Source: Eubacteriales bacterium (GTDB taxonomy: Bacteria; Bacillota; Clostridia; Oscillospirales; QAKW01). From it: a stretch of 49,597 nt of DNA. Under the pieces are notes generated by a model that was not told the origin of the DNA, searched no databases, and saw only the letters and a list, made by a program, of their open reading frames with translations. Within the stretch, counting starts at the first letter, position 1. Each line of letters starts with the position of its first letter. Positions 18,538 to 29,603 of this stretch are shown here, in pieces. The position numbers and the translations under genes were made by a program. Location of the stretch: assembly GCA_045660845.1 (NCBI GenBank), contig JAZREO010000115.1, forward strand, positions 1 through 49,597. The letters run 5' to 3'.

Positions 18538-19689
18538 ATGGAGAAAAGTCATAAAATCCCGGGCGGCGTGGCATCGGTACTACAAAAAATAGCGGCCGCC
18601 GGGCAGGAAGCCTATTTGGTGGGCGGATGCGTCAGGGACCGGTACATGGGCTGTCCACCCCATGATCATGATGTCACCACTTCCGCTTTGCCGGAGGAAC
18701 TGCTGGAAATTTTCCGTGGGTCGAGGGTGATCGAAACCGGTCTGCAGCACGGGACAGTGACGGTGCTGACTGCCGACGGACCGGTGGAAGTGACCACCTA
18801 CCGGCAGGACGGCACCTATTCTGATCACCGCCATCCCGACGCTGTAACCTTTACCCGTTCTTTGAAAGAGGATTTAGCGCGCCGGGACTTTACCATGAAC
18901 GCCATGGCAATGGACCTGGAGGGGAATATCGTCGATCCCTTTGGCGGGCGGGCGGATATCGACGCCCGATTGATCCGCTGCGTGGGAGAACCGGACCGGC
19001 GGTTCCAAGAGGACGCCCTTCGGATCCTCCGGGGACTACGGTTCGCTGCCCGACTGGGCTTTAAGCTGGAAAAAGAAACAGCTGCCGCTATGGAACGGAA
19101 GAAGAACTTGCTGCTGAAGATCGCTCATGAGAGGGTGTTTGCGGAGCTCCAAGGACTGCTGGAGGGAGCTTATGCCGCTGAAGTGTTGGCAGCCTACGGC
19201 GGTATAGCGACAACGGTCCTGCCGGAGCTGAACTTAGAAAAACTTTCTCACCTGCAGGCTTTGCCGCCCCGTCCTACCCTGCGGCTGGCAGCACTTTTGC
19301 AGGAGCAGGGGGCGGACGCACTTCTGACGCGCCTGAAGGTGCCGGGCGCCTTTCGGCAGGAGGTACGGATGCTGGTGCGAGAGCGGGAGAACCGCTGTCC
19401 GCCGGAGCGTATCGCCGTCCGCCGTCGATGCGTGGCGCTGGGGGCGGAGAATTTTATCAAGCTCTGTCAATTCCAGCAGAATGAAAAAGCAGGAAGGCTG
19501 GCGGAGCAGCTATTGCAGGAGGGGGCGTGCCTTTCTGTTAGGGATCTGGCGATCACCGGAAAGGACCTTATGGCGCTGGGACTTAAGGGTCCCCGGATTG
19601 GTGACACTCTTACGTTGCTGCTGGAGCAGGTGACAGAGGAGCAAGTACCCAATGAAAAAGAACCATTACTGAAATCTTTAAAGAAATAA
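18538..19689 (+). CDS. cca: Class II tRNA nucleotidyltransferase (CCA-adding enzyme)
   Basis: YLVGGCVRD, DHDVTT, EVTTYR, EDLARRDFTMNA, RFQEDALRILR, ERVFAE. Confidence 0.88.
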   Translation: MEKSHKIPGGVASVLQKIAAAGQEAYLVGGCVRDRYMGCPPHDHDVTTSALPEELLEIFRGSRVIETGLQHGTVTVLTADGPVEVTTYRQDGTYSDHRHPDAVTFTRSLKEDLARRDFTMNAMAMDLEGNIVDPFGGRADIDARLIRCVGEPDRRFQEDALRILRGLRFAARLGFKLEKETAAAMERKKNLLLKIAHERVFAELQGLLEGAYAAEVLAAYGGIATTVLPELNLEKLSHLQALPPRPTLRLAALLQEQGADALLTRLKVPGAFRQEVRMLVRERENRCPPERIAVRRRCVALGAENFIKLCQFQQNEKAGRLAEQLLQEGACLSVRDLAITGKDLMALGLKGPRIGDTLTLLLEQVTEEQVPNEKEPLLKSLKK

Positions 19690-19730
19690 AAGAAGCTGTA
19701 AAAAACATTCGTTCTTTACAGCTTCTTTTA

Positions 19731-20201
19731 TTATACGATCTTAATGCTCTCGATGATCTGGGGTTCTTCGGGCATATCCATAAAGTTGGTGGCGACTGCG
19801 GCGATCTTATCGACCTCCTCGATCCCCTCCACCACCTTACCGAAGGCAGCATAGTTGCCGTCCAAGAAGAAGCCGTCGGCGTGCATGATGAAAAACTGGC
19901 TGCTGGCGGAGTTTGGATCCTGCGCCCGCGCCATGGAGATGACTCCACGCTCATGGCGAATGGGGTTCTCAAAGCCGTTGGCTGCGAACTCGCCAGGGAT
20001 ATTTTCCTCACTGCCGCCCATTCCGTTGCCCAAGGGGTCGCCACCCTGGATCATAAAGCCGCTGATGACCCGGTGGAAGGTCAGACCATCATAAAAGCCC
20101 GCCTTCGCCAACTTTTCAAAATTGGCGACCGTCTTAGGAGCCTTATCGGGATAAAGCTCTAATTTGATCGTTCCGCTGTTTTTGATTTTGATTTCTACCA
20201 T
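19731..20201 (-). CDS. Cyclophilin-type peptidyl-prolyl isomerase
   Basis: APKTVANF, FHRVISGFMIQGGDP, GVISMAR, SQFFI, YAAFGKV; start at ATG 20201 after AAGGAG. Confidence 0.93.
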   Translation of the reverse strand: MVEIKIKNSGTIKLELYPDKAPKTVANFEKLAKAGFYDGLTFHRVISGFMIQGGDPLGNGMGGSEENIPGEFAANGFENPIRHERGVISMARAQDPNSASSQFFIMHADGFFLDGNYAAFGKVVEGIEEVDKIAAVATNFMDMPEEPQIIESIKIV

Positions 20202-20215
20202 AATTTTTCTCCTTG

Positions 20216-21226
20216 TCAAATATATAAGCTGCCGATAAACATCAGCAGGCAAAGTACACAGTAGGTGATGGTGCCGGAATTGCACCAAGCCAGCTTGAAT
20301 TGGGTGGAAAGGGTCAGCCACCGGTCTCCGGTCTTTTTCAGGTTTAGTTCCTTTGCCCTGCGGAATAAAAGCACCGCTCCACAGACTGCCAGGGTAAGCA
20401 TCGCCATGGAATAGACGCCGCTGACAATGTTCCATGGATTGATGGATGTGGGGGCGCTGGCCAGGTCGGAGGTCATTTTATTGATAAAGTCCGTAATGAT
20501 GGAGCCGGTGAAATTGATGATCATGTGCATCAGGATGGTATGCAGAATGTTACCGGTCCGGACGTAGACATAACTGAACAGCAGCCCTGAAAAGGCGGCG
20601 TAAAAGAACTGATAAAAGTTGCCGTGCATGAGTCCGAAGAAGAGCCCGCTCGTCAGCACCGCCAGCACCTCGCTATAGGGTAACAGCCGGTCAATGATCA
20701 GCTTGCGGCACATCAGCTCCTCCGCAATAGGCGCCACGATGACAATCAGGATCAGATTGCTCAGTGGGGAGGACTCGGTGATCTGCTGATCGATGGCGTT
20801 GGTGATCTCGGTACCCCGGATCGTTTCGATGACGGTCATCAGTCCGCCCGCAATATAGTTCCCCGCCAGCATCAGGAAAAAGGACACTGCCAGAAAGGTG
20901 ATCCAGCCGGAAAAGCCTAATTTCTTCCTTTCCGGTGCCTTTTTCGGCATCCCTGCCAGCAGCAGAGCGAAAAGGGGAAAGCCCAGGAGATAGGTGGGGA
21001 CCAGCTGCTGGAGCAGCGCAAACGCCTCATGCTTTGTCATTTCCGGAAAAAAGGCGGTAGATACCGAATAGATGGTCATAGCGACTATATTGACAAGCAC
21101 CAGATAGCCTGCCAGCGCCCAGCCGATGCGCCGGAGATGGCGCCGTTCCTGCTGCTTATAGGCGGGGTTGCGCTCCGGCGGAAGATCGTAATGGGGATCA
21201 TATGAGGTATAGGGGTTTTGCACCAT
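20216..21226 (-). CDS. CPBP (CAAX/Abi) family intramembrane metalloprotease
   Basis: APIAEELMCR, FGLMH, HMIIN motifs; multiple TMs. Confidence 0.88.
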   Translation of the reverse strand: MVQNPYTSYDPHYDLPPERNPAYKQQERRHLRRIGWALAGYLVLVNIVAMTIYSVSTAFFPEMTKHEAFALLQQLVPTYLLGFPLFALLLAGMPKKAPERKKLGFSGWITFLAVSFFLMLAGNYIAGGLMTVIETIRGTEITNAIDQQITESSPLSNLILIVIVAPIAEELMCRKLIIDRLLPYSEVLAVLTSGLFFGLMHGNFYQFFYAAFSGLLFSYVYVRTGNILHTILMHMIINFTGSIITDFINKMTSDLASAPTSINPWNIVSGVYSMAMLTLAVCGAVLLFRRAKELNLKKTGDRWLTLSTQFKLAWCNSGTITYCVLCLLMFIGSLYI

Positions 21227-21316
21227 AGAAACCTCCGTTTATTTTAGATGACCCAATTATAGCATAAGCGGCGCTGTTTTTCAACAGCGCCGCCATGAAT
21301 TTATAAACAATTAAAA

Positions 21317-23716
21317 TCATTCCACCGGGTTTAAGTGCCAGATGTTTTGGGCGTATTCGGTGACTGCCCGGTCGGAGGCGAAGATGCCTGCTTTGGCGAT
21401 GTTCACCAGGGACATGCCGTTCCAGCGGAGGGTGTCGCCGTAGATCTCGTTGATCTTGCCCTGGGCGTCCTTATAGGCATTAAAGTCTGCCAGCACCATA
21501 TAGGGATCGGGTCCGATCAGATACCGGACGATGGATTCGAAGTTCTTGCCGCCGATGCCGTCCTTGAGGATGGAGTCCAAGAGCTCCCGCATATGGGGGT
21601 CGTTGCGGTAGATCTGGTCGGGGTGGTAGCCTTCTGCCTTCCACTTATTGACCTCGGGGGTGGTGAGACCGAAGAGGAACATATTCTCATCGCCCACCTG
21701 CTGGTGGATCTCCACATTGGCGCCATCCAGAGTACCGATGGTCAGAGCACCGTTGATCATGAACTTCATGTTGCCGGTGCCGCTGGCCTCCTTTCCTGCC
21801 AGGGAGATCTGCTCGCTGACCTCTGCGGCGGGCATCAGGATCTCGGCGAGAGATACCTTATAGTCCGCCAAAAAGACCACCTTCAGCATATCGCCCACAG
21901 CAGGATCATTATTGATCATATCGCCAAGGGCGCAGATAAAGCGGATGATCTCCTTTGCCATGATATAGCCGGCGGACGCCTTGGCGCCGAAGATGAAGGT
22001 ATGGGGCTGGATCTTAAGTCCCTCATTCTTGATACGGCGGTAAAGGTCATAGATGTGCAGCGCGCAGAGCAGCTGGCGCTTATACTCATGCAGACGCTTC
22101 GCCTGCACATCAAAGATGGAGTCGGGGTTGACCTTGATGCCGCAGGAATTTTCGATATACTGGGCAAGGCGCAGCTTATTGGCACGCTTGATCTCGGTCA
22201 GTCGGTGGAGGACGGTCGTGTCGTCCTTATACTGCAGTAGCTTCTCCAGCTCGGCGCCGTTTTTAACAAAGCCGTCGCCGATCAGCTCCTTCAGCATGGC
22301 GGTGAGACCCGGGTTGGACTCGCAGAGCCAGCGGCGGTGAACGATGCCGTTGGTGACGTTGGTCAGCTTGCCGGGCATGATATCGTGGTAATCCTTAAAG
22401 AGATCCTCTTTGAGGATGTCGCTATGCAGGGCGGAAACACCGTTGACGCTGTAGCAGCAAGCGACGCAGAGGTTTGCCATCCGGACCATGCCGTCGCCGA
22501 TGACCGCCATCTGGTCGATGGCGCCCCGCTTTTCCGGATGATGATTATAAATATCCTCACAGAAGCGGCGGTTGATCTCCTGGACGATGGTATAGATACG
22601 GGGCAGTCTGCCGGAGAAGAGGTGGATGGACCATTTCTCCAGTGCCTCGCTCATGACGGTATGGTTGGTATAGGCAAGGGTCTTGCAGGTGATACCCCAG
22701 GCGGCGTCCCAGGAATAGCCGTGGTCGTCCATCAGAAGGCGCATCAGCTCGGGAACGCAGAGAGCGGGGTGGGTATCGTTGATATGCACCACCACCTTAT
22801 CAGCAAGGTTATCCAGGGTTCCGTACTTTTTCAGGTGATCCTGCAGAATGTTCTGCAGGGATGCGCTGACAAAGAAGTACTGCTGGCGCAGACGCAGATT
22901 TTTGCCCTCCTCATGATCGTCGGCAGGGTAGAGGACGCGGGAAATGGCTTCCGCCTTGGCATCCCCCTCGCAGCTCTTGAGGTACTCGCCCCGGGAGAAG
23001 AGGGACATATCGAAGTTCTCCAGACTCTTGGCGCCCCAAAGCCGCAGCTTATTGACGATCTTGGAATCGTAGCCGGAGATCATCAGATCATAGGGAACTG
23101 CCAATACCTTATAGTAGTCCTTATGAACGGTTTTCAGTCCATCGTCACTCCAGAGCTCTTCCACCTGACCATCGAAATGGATCTCCTGGGCTTCGTCCGG
23201 GCGGGGGACCAGCCAGCCGCCGCCCAGCTCCAGCCAGTTATCGGGGAATTCCATCTGCCATCCATCGATGATGACCTGGCGGAAGATGCCGAATTCATAC
23301 CGAATGGAAAAACCGGTGGCAGGATAGTTGCAGGCGGTCAGAGAATCCAGATAGCAGGCAGCTAAGCGCCCGAGACCGCCGTTGCCGAGACCTGCGTCCG
23401 GCTCCATCTCGTAGAGCTGCTCCAGATCCACATTCATCTCCTGGAGAACGGCGCGGACACCATCTTCCATTCCCAGGTTGTAAAGATTATTTTTAAGGGA
23501 GCGACCAATGAGAAACTCCATGGACATATAGTAGACCTTTTTGCTTTCCTGGCGCGCTACTTCCTTGGATGCAGCTTTGCGACGGCGCTGAAGCTCCGCC
23601 AGCACCATGCTGACAACGCTTTCGTACATCTGCCGGACTGTCGCATCCTCTGCGTCGCAGGCGAACTTCGCTGCGACTGCAGCTTGAATTTTTTCTTTGA
23701 TTTCCTGTTGGGTCAT
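21317..23716 (-). CDS. glgP: Glycogen/starch phosphorylase
   Basis: LGNGGLGRLAAC, INDTHP, YTNHT, KRLHEYKRQ, EASGTGNMK. Confidence 0.96.
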   Translation of the reverse strand: MTQQEIKEKIQAAVAAKFACDAEDATVRQMYESVVSMVLAELQRRRKAASKEVARQESKKVYYMSMEFLIGRSLKNNLYNLGMEDGVRAVLQEMNVDLEQLYEMEPDAGLGNGGLGRLAACYLDSLTACNYPATGFSIRYEFGIFRQVIIDGWQMEFPDNWLELGGGWLVPRPDEAQEIHFDGQVEELWSDDGLKTVHKDYYKVLAVPYDLMISGYDSKIVNKLRLWGAKSLENFDMSLFSRGEYLKSCEGDAKAEAISRVLYPADDHEEGKNLRLRQQYFFVSASLQNILQDHLKKYGTLDNLADKVVVHINDTHPALCVPELMRLLMDDHGYSWDAAWGITCKTLAYTNHTVMSEALEKWSIHLFSGRLPRIYTIVQEINRRFCEDIYNHHPEKRGAIDQMAVIGDGMVRMANLCVACCYSVNGVSALHSDILKEDLFKDYHDIMPGKLTNVTNGIVHRRWLCESNPGLTAMLKELIGDGFVKNGAELEKLLQYKDDTTVLHRLTEIKRANKLRLAQYIENSCGIKVNPDSIFDVQAKRLHEYKRQLLCALHIYDLYRRIKNEGLKIQPHTFIFGAKASAGYIMAKEIIRFICALGDMINNDPAVGDMLKVVFLADYKVSLAEILMPAAEVSEQISLAGKEASGTGNMKFMINGALTIGTLDGANVEIHQQVGDENMFLFGLTTPEVNKWKAEGYHPDQIYRNDPHMRELLDSILKDGIGGKNFESIVRYLIGPDPYMVLADFNAYKDAQGKINEIYGDTLRWNGMSLVNIAKAGIFASDRAVTEYAQNIWHLNPVE

Positions 23717-23736
23717 TGTTTGCTTTTTTCTCCTTG

Positions 23737-25155
23737 TTATAAAGACTGATAAAGTTCCTGATAGGCGATGACGCTGGGCCCCCAGCTATAGTCACCTTCC
23801 ATAGCGTTCTTTTGGGCTTGGATAAAGTTTTCTTTATCCTTGAAAAGCTCCATGGAGCGCCAGAGGGCGTTTGAGAAGTCCTCGGCGTTGAAGGTCTGGA
23901 AGGTAATGCCGCGTCCAGTTCTGTCCGCGGGGTTATAGGGCAGGACAGTATCCGCCAGCCCGCCGGTGGTATGGACGATGGGCAGGGTGCCGTATCGCAT
24001 GGCGATCATCTGCGCCAGCCCGCAGGGCTCGAATTCGCTGGGCATCATGAAGAAGTCACAGCCGGCGTAGATCCGCTGAGCAAGACCAGCGTCGAAGGCG
24101 AGGATCACACGAAGGGTGCCGGGATGCCGCTCTGCCGCTTCCCGGAGGAACTGCTCGTACCGGGCGTCGCCGGTGCCGAGGATCACGACCTGCACCTGCT
24201 GGCTTGCCAGCCAGTCCAGCTTGGCAGCGACCAGGTCCATCCCTTTCTGGTGGGTCAGCCGGGTCACCATGCCGAAGAGGGGGACCTCATCGGTAACAGC
24301 CAGTCCCAGCTCCTCCTGCAGAGCGTTTTTATTCTTGACCTTTAGTTTCAGGGTCTCTGCTGAATAGTTTTGGGCGATGCGCTGATCGGTGGCGGGGTCA
24401 AAGAGATCGGTATCGATGCCGTTGAGGATCCCGGAGACCTTCCAGGCACGTGCCTGCAAAATATGCTCCAGCCCGCAGGACTTAGGGGGCGTCATGATCT
24501 CCTGCGCATACCGCTCCGATACGGTAGTCACCCGGGTGGAGCACTCAATGGCGCCCTTCATCAGGTTGATGCAGTTATCGTAGTACAAGAGCGGCTTGAC
24601 CTCCTCGCCCAGCCCGAAGATGTTGCCCAGCTGGTAGGGGTCGTATTTACCTTGAAATTCGATATTATGAATGGTATAGACTGTGCGGATGCCGCCGTAG
24701 CCCGGGCGGTCCCGGAACTGCGTATCCAGCAGCACCGGCAGGAGCCCGGTATGCCAGTCGTTGCAGTGGATGATGTCGGGGTAAAAATCGATCTGCGGCA
24801 GGCACTCTAAAATGGCACGAGAGAAGAAGGCGAAGCGTTCGCCATCGTCAAACTCGCCGTAGGGCTGGGGGCGGTTGAAATAGTATTCATTATCCAGGAG
24901 ATAATAGGTTACGCCCTCCACCTGCGCCTCGAAAATCCCGCAGTATTGGCAGCGCCAGGCGTTATTAAAATAAAAGGAGGTGCGCAAGGTGCATTGCTCC
25001 TTCAGTTTCTCGGCGATGGAGCCGTAGAAGGGCAGGATCACCCGGACATCGTCCCCAGCGCGGCAGAGCGCCTTGGGTAGCGCACCCGCCACATCGCCCA
25101 GACCCCCCACCTTGATAAAGGGGGCGGCTTCGCTTGCAGCGTAAAGAATTTTCAT
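23737..25155 (-). CDS. glgA: Glycogen synthase
   Basis: KVGGLGDV, HCNDWH, TIHN, RLTHQKG, EPCGL. Confidence 0.96.
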   Translation of the reverse strand: MKILYAASEAAPFIKVGGLGDVAGALPKALCRAGDDVRVILPFYGSIAEKLKEQCTLRTSFYFNNAWRCQYCGIFEAQVEGVTYYLLDNEYYFNRPQPYGEFDDGERFAFFSRAILECLPQIDFYPDIIHCNDWHTGLLPVLLDTQFRDRPGYGGIRTVYTIHNIEFQGKYDPYQLGNIFGLGEEVKPLLYYDNCINLMKGAIECSTRVTTVSERYAQEIMTPPKSCGLEHILQARAWKVSGILNGIDTDLFDPATDQRIAQNYSAETLKLKVKNKNALQEELGLAVTDEVPLFGMVTRLTHQKGMDLVAAKLDWLASQQVQVVILGTGDARYEQFLREAAERHPGTLRVILAFDAGLAQRIYAGCDFFMMPSEFEPCGLAQMIAMRYGTLPIVHTTGGLADTVLPYNPADRTGRGITFQTFNAEDFSNALWRSMELFKDKENFIQAQKNAMEGDYSWGPSVIAYQELYQSL

Positions 25156-25158
25156 GGT

Positions 25159-26271
25159 TTATACCTTCTTACCTTTACCGATGACGAAGGGTAGCGCCGG
25201 TGCACCGCACATCTCGCAGCCCTCGCTCACGGTCACATTCTTATCGGCGATGGTGCGGCAGACCTTGGCGTTCTTGCCCACCACGCTCATTTGCATTAAA
25301 ACGGAATCTTCCACAACAGCGCCTTCTTCCACAGTGACCCCGCGGAAGATGACAGAGTTTTTGACAGTGCCTTTGATGACGCAACCGTCGGCGATGAGGC
25401 TGTTTTCCACAATGGCATGATAGTCATACAGCGTGGGAACAGAGTCCTTGACTTTGGTATAGACCGGACGGTCCGCAGGGAAGAGATCTGTTCTCAGTTC
25501 CGGTTTTAGCATATCCATACTGGCAGCAAAATAATCCTCTACTGTCCGGATGATGCGGGCATAGCCGGCATGGTGATAGGCGAAGATCCGATGGGTCTCC
25601 AGGTTCTTCTGAATCAGTTCTCGATTCATGTTAGTATAATCGTTATTGTCCGCTTCGTCAAGGAATTCCAGCAGATCTTTTTTATGCATAACATAGGTGC
25701 CCAGAGCAAAATTGCGGGGTTCCGCAGTGAGCTCATGGAGATAGGTGATGCTTTCGATCCGCCCTTCCGCATTGGGATGGACCATCATTTCGCCCACTCC
25801 GGCAGGGATCTCGCCATAGGACATGGTCAGATAAGCATCGTTTTTCAGGTGCGCGTCGATCAGCGCCTCCATATCGATATTGGCAACCGTCCCGCCAAAC
25901 GCCATCACCACCAGCTCGTGGCGCTGGTCGGCGATAAAGCCTTTGACTGCCCGGAGGGCATCCAGCCGTCCGCGGACCAAAACAGAATGTTCCGGTCTGG
26001 AGAGGGGGGAGAGGACCTTAATGCCGCCCTGGCGGCGGTTGAGATCCCAGTCCTCTCCGCTGCTCATATGGTCGATCAAGGAGCCGTAGTTTTCCTTACA
26101 GATGACGCCGATATCCTCGATACCGGCGTTGACCATGCCGGAAAGGGCGAAGTCAATGGTACGGTATCTGCCCGCGAAGGGTAAGGCGGCGGGGGTGCGG
26201 GATTGGGTCAGCTCATTTTTGGGAGTGTTTTCGCTGTAATGGTCGCAAAAGATAATACCGAGCGTTTTCAT
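25159..26271 (-). CDS. glgD: Glucose-1-phosphate adenylyltransferase subunit GlgD
   Basis: PFAGRYRTIDF, YTKVKDSVPT, NSLIADGC; lacks the GGxGxRL motif; follows glgC. Confidence 0.9.
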   Translation of the reverse strand: MKTLGIIFCDHYSENTPKNELTQSRTPAALPFAGRYRTIDFALSGMVNAGIEDIGVICKENYGSLIDHMSSGEDWDLNRRQGGIKVLSPLSRPEHSVLVRGRLDALRAVKGFIADQRHELVVMAFGGTVANIDMEALIDAHLKNDAYLTMSYGEIPAGVGEMMVHPNAEGRIESITYLHELTAEPRNFALGTYVMHKKDLLEFLDEADNNDYTNMNRELIQKNLETHRIFAYHHAGYARIIRTVEDYFAASMDMLKPELRTDLFPADRPVYTKVKDSVPTLYDYHAIVENSLIADGCVIKGTVKNSVIFRGVTVEEGAVVEDSVLMQMSVVGKNAKVCRTIADKNVTVSEGCEMCGAPALPFVIGKGKKV

Positions 26272-26272
26272 A

Positions 26273-27490
26273 TTATTTGCCCTCCTTCACCGTATTGGGC
26301 TTGATCATTTCCGTGGGTCGGACCACCTGACCGGATTTGACCACCGCGCCGGAGCCGACTACCGCAATGCCCCATTCGCCGTCGTGATAATGCTCCGGCT
26401 CGGCACCGATCACTGCACCATCCTCGATGACTGCATCGGAGGCGATGATGGCGTATTTGATGGTGCAATTCTTGCCGATCTTAGCGTTCTGCATCACCAC
26501 TGCTGAGTTGAGGGAGGTGCCGTCATCGATGGAAACGCCGTTGAAGAGCACGCTGTACCAAAGGCTGCAGCCGGAAAGGGTGCAGTTTTCGGTGACCATC
26601 GATTCGCCGATCTGAACATCTTTGCCGATGTACTGCGGCATTAGGTTATGGTCATGGCGGGCATAGATCCGCCAGGTAGGATCGGAAAGGTTGAGGGGGA
26701 TGCGGGGATTCAAGAGGTCCATATTTGCCTCCCAGAGGCTCTCAATGGTTCCCACATCCTTCCAGTAGCCCTCAAAGGGATAGGCAAACATCCGCTCGCC
26801 GGCGGCGAGCATCTTGGGCAGGACGTCCTTGCCGAAATCCTTGGAACTTTGGGGATCGGCTTCATCCTCGATGAGGTATTTGCGCAGTTTCTCCCAGGTG
26901 AAGATATAAATTCCCATGGAAGCCCGGTCGCTTTTGGGATGGGCGGGCTTCTCCTCGAATTCATAGATGCAATCATCGTCGTGGGCGTTGATGATGCCGA
27001 ATCGGCTTGCCTCCTCGATGGGGACCTGCAGGGTGGCGATGGTGGCATCGGCGCCCTTTTCCTTATGGAACGCCAGCATCCGGCTGTAGTCCATCTTATA
27101 GACGTGATCGCCGGAGAGGATCAGGACATACTCCGGATCGTACTTTTCTATGAACTGGATGTTCTGATAGATGGCGTTGGCGGTACCGGCATACCATTCA
27201 CCGGTGGAGCCGGAAACATAGGGGGGCAGGATGTGAACGCCGCCGTGCATCCGGTTGAGATCCCAGGGCTGACCGTTGCCAATATAAGTATGTAACTCCA
27301 AAGGACGGTATTGGGTCAGGACACCCACCGTGTCAATTCCGGAGTTGGTGCAGTTGGACAAGGGAAAATCGATGATCCGGTATTTGCCGCCGAAGGGGAC
27401 AGCGGGCTTTGCCATCTCCTGAGTCAGTACATAAAGGCGGCTGCCCTGTCCGCCTGCCAGCAGCATCGCCAGCATTTCTTTTCTTTTCAT
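26273..27490 (-). CDS. glgC: Glucose-1-phosphate adenylyltransferase
   Basis: [45 protein letters not shown]. Confidence 0.96.
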   Translation of the reverse strand: MKRKEMLAMLLAGGQGSRLYVLTQEMAKPAVPFGGKYRIIDFPLSNCTNSGIDTVGVLTQYRPLELHTYIGNGQPWDLNRMHGGVHILPPYVSGSTGEWYAGTANAIYQNIQFIEKYDPEYVLILSGDHVYKMDYSRMLAFHKEKGADATIATLQVPIEEASRFGIINAHDDDCIYEFEEKPAHPKSDRASMGIYIFTWEKLRKYLIEDEADPQSSKDFGKDVLPKMLAAGERMFAYPFEGYWKDVGTIESLWEANMDLLNPRIPLNLSDPTWRIYARHDHNLMPQYIGKDVQIGESMVTENCTLSGCSLWYSVLFNGVSIDDGTSLNSAVVMQNAKIGKNCTIKYAIIASDAVIEDGAVIGAEPEHYHDGEWGIAVVGSGAVVKSGQVVRPTEMIKPNTVKEGK

Positions 27491-29370
27491 GATCTGCTCC
27501 TCTCGTTTTTGGTTCTGTAACTGTAATAAGTGGCGGAGAAGGGGGGGATGTGCAGATTGGCGGAGTATTCAAAGCCGTGGAAGGGCTTTTCCACCACGCT
27601 GATCCGCTTTTTAAAGCGATCCTCGCCGCCGAACCGAGCTTCATCGGAGCAAAGACGTAGGGTCAATGTACCTGCTTCGGGAAGCCCTAAATTATAATTT
27701 ATGAGGTCGTATTCCGAAAAATTCACTACCGCCAGGATGGTCTCTTTTTTGCCTTTTCGGAGGAAGGCAAGGACGCAGTTATTGGTATCGTCCAGAGAGA
27801 TCCATTCAAATCCCTCCCAGCTTGTATCCTGCTCCCAGAAGGCAGGACGGGCGGTATAGAATCGATTCAGTTCTTTCACATAACTTTGAAGTTGCCGATG
27901 GGGCTCATAGTCCAAGAGCAGCCAGTCCAGACCCTGCTCTTCGTTCCATTCGATGAACTGCCCGAATTCTCCGCCCATAAAGAGCAGCTTTTTGCCCGGG
28001 TGCGCCATCATATAGCCGTAGTAGGCCTTGAGATTGGCGAATTTCTCCTCGTAGGTGCCGGGCATTTTGGAGATCAGCGAGCATTTACCGTGGACCACCT
28101 CGTCGTGGGAAAGGGGGAGGATATATTTTTCCGAGTAGGCATAGGTCATGGAGAAGGTCAGTTTATCCTGCATCCCATGCCGGAAGAGGGGCGGCTCCTT
28201 CATATACTGCAAAGAGTCGTTCATCCAGCCCATATTCCACTTGAAGTCGAAGCCCAGTCCGTCGAAGTCGGTGCCGGTCACATGGGGCCATGCGGTGGAC
28301 TCCTCCGCGATGGTGATGGCGCCCGGAAAAGAGGCGTGAACCTCATAATTGAGTTTCTTTAAAAGCTCCACCGTTTCTAAGTTACCGGCTTCGCCGTACT
28401 GATTGGCGCTCCACTCACCGTCCTGCTTGCCGTAGTTGCGGTAGAGCATGGACGCCACCGCGTCTATCCGGAGTCCGTCAATATGGTAGTTTTCCAGCCA
28501 ATTACAGGCGCTGGAGATGAGGAAGCTGCGTACCTCCGGGCGTCCGTAGTCAAAGATGCGGGTGCCCCAGTCCGGGTGGTCCCGCATGAGGGGGTCGGTG
28601 TATTCATAGCAGATGCCGCCGTCGAACTCAAAAAGTCCTGCCGCATCTCGGGGGAAATGAGCGGGCACCCAGTCCATGATGACGCCGATTTCCCGCCTAT
28701 GGCAGCGGTCGATCAGTTCCATCAGCTGATGGGGCGTACCGTACCGGGAGGTGGGGGCAAAATAGCCCATCACCTGATAGCCCCAGGATTTATCAAAGGG
28801 ATATTCGCTGAGGGGCATCATCTCAATATGGGTATATCCCATCTCGCATACATAGTCTAAGAGGCGGTCTGCAATCTCGGTATAGGTGAAATAATTGCCG
28901 TCCTCCTTCAACTGCCAGGAGCCTAAATTCATTTCATAGATGTTCATGGGGCGGCGGCTTAAGTCGGACTTTGCCCGTTTTTTCATCCATTCTGCGTCCT
29001 GCCATTGGTAACCTGAGGGGTCGTAAAGTTTGGAGGCGGTATCCGGGCGAAGGGCGAAGTGGTTTGCGTAGGGATCCGCTTTATAGAGGGTATCTCCCGA
29101 GGGGGCGCCGATGGCGTATTTATAGGCGTCATAGATGGAAAGACCATCTATGGTTACTTCCCAGACGCCCCGGTCATCGGTTTTTGCCAGCGGGACTGCA
29201 GAAATGTCCCACCCGCAAAAATCTCCTACCAGCGATACCCATCTTGCGTGGGGCGCCCACACCCGAAAGACCCATGCCCCATTCTCCAATCGGTGGCTGC
29301 CGAAATAGCGGTGAGCGCGGAAATTATTTCCGGTGAAAAAGAGATCTTTAGGGAAGATATTCGGATCCAT
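27487..29370 (-). CDS. glgB: 1,4-alpha-glucan branching enzyme
   Basis: [41 protein letters not shown]. Confidence 0.96.
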   Translation of the reverse strand: MDPNIFPKDLFFTGNNFRAHRYFGSHRLENGAWVFRVWAPHARWVSLVGDFCGWDISAVPLAKTDDRGVWEVTIDGLSIYDAYKYAIGAPSGDTLYKADPYANHFALRPDTASKLYDPSGYQWQDAEWMKKRAKSDLSRRPMNIYEMNLGSWQLKEDGNYFTYTEIADRLLDYVCEMGYTHIEMMPLSEYPFDKSWGYQVMGYFAPTSRYGTPHQLMELIDRCHRREIGVIMDWVPAHFPRDAAGLFEFDGGICYEYTDPLMRDHPDWGTRIFDYGRPEVRSFLISSACNWLENYHIDGLRIDAVASMLYRNYGKQDGEWSANQYGEAGNLETVELLKKLNYEVHASFPGAITIAEESTAWPHVTGTDFDGLGFDFKWNMGWMNDSLQYMKEPPLFRHGMQDKLTFSMTYAYSEKYILPLSHDEVVHGKCSLISKMPGTYEEKFANLKAYYGYMMAHPGKKLLFMGGEFGQFIEWNEEQGLDWLLLDYEPHRQLQSYVKELNRFYTARPAFWEQDTSWEGFEWISLDDTNNCVLAFLRKGKKETILAVVNFSEYDLINYNLGLPEAGTLTLRLCSDEARFGGEDRFKKRISVVEKPFHGFEYSANLHIPPFSATYYSYRTKNERSRS

Positions 29371-29603
29371 TTTACACCACTCCTTTTAGATTAACTTACT
29401 ATAAGTTATTATAACTCATTTTATAGAAAAGTGACAGCGATTTTTGCCGAAACTCTAAAAATCCATTAATTGCATAAAACGCAGCATCCATTTTTGGATA
29501 TTTTTTACAATTTATAGATCTTAAAAACAAAAAAATTGTAACAAACGCTAAAGAATTGCCGTTTTCCTCTTGACAACAAAGAGAAAATGCATATCATATA
29601 GAT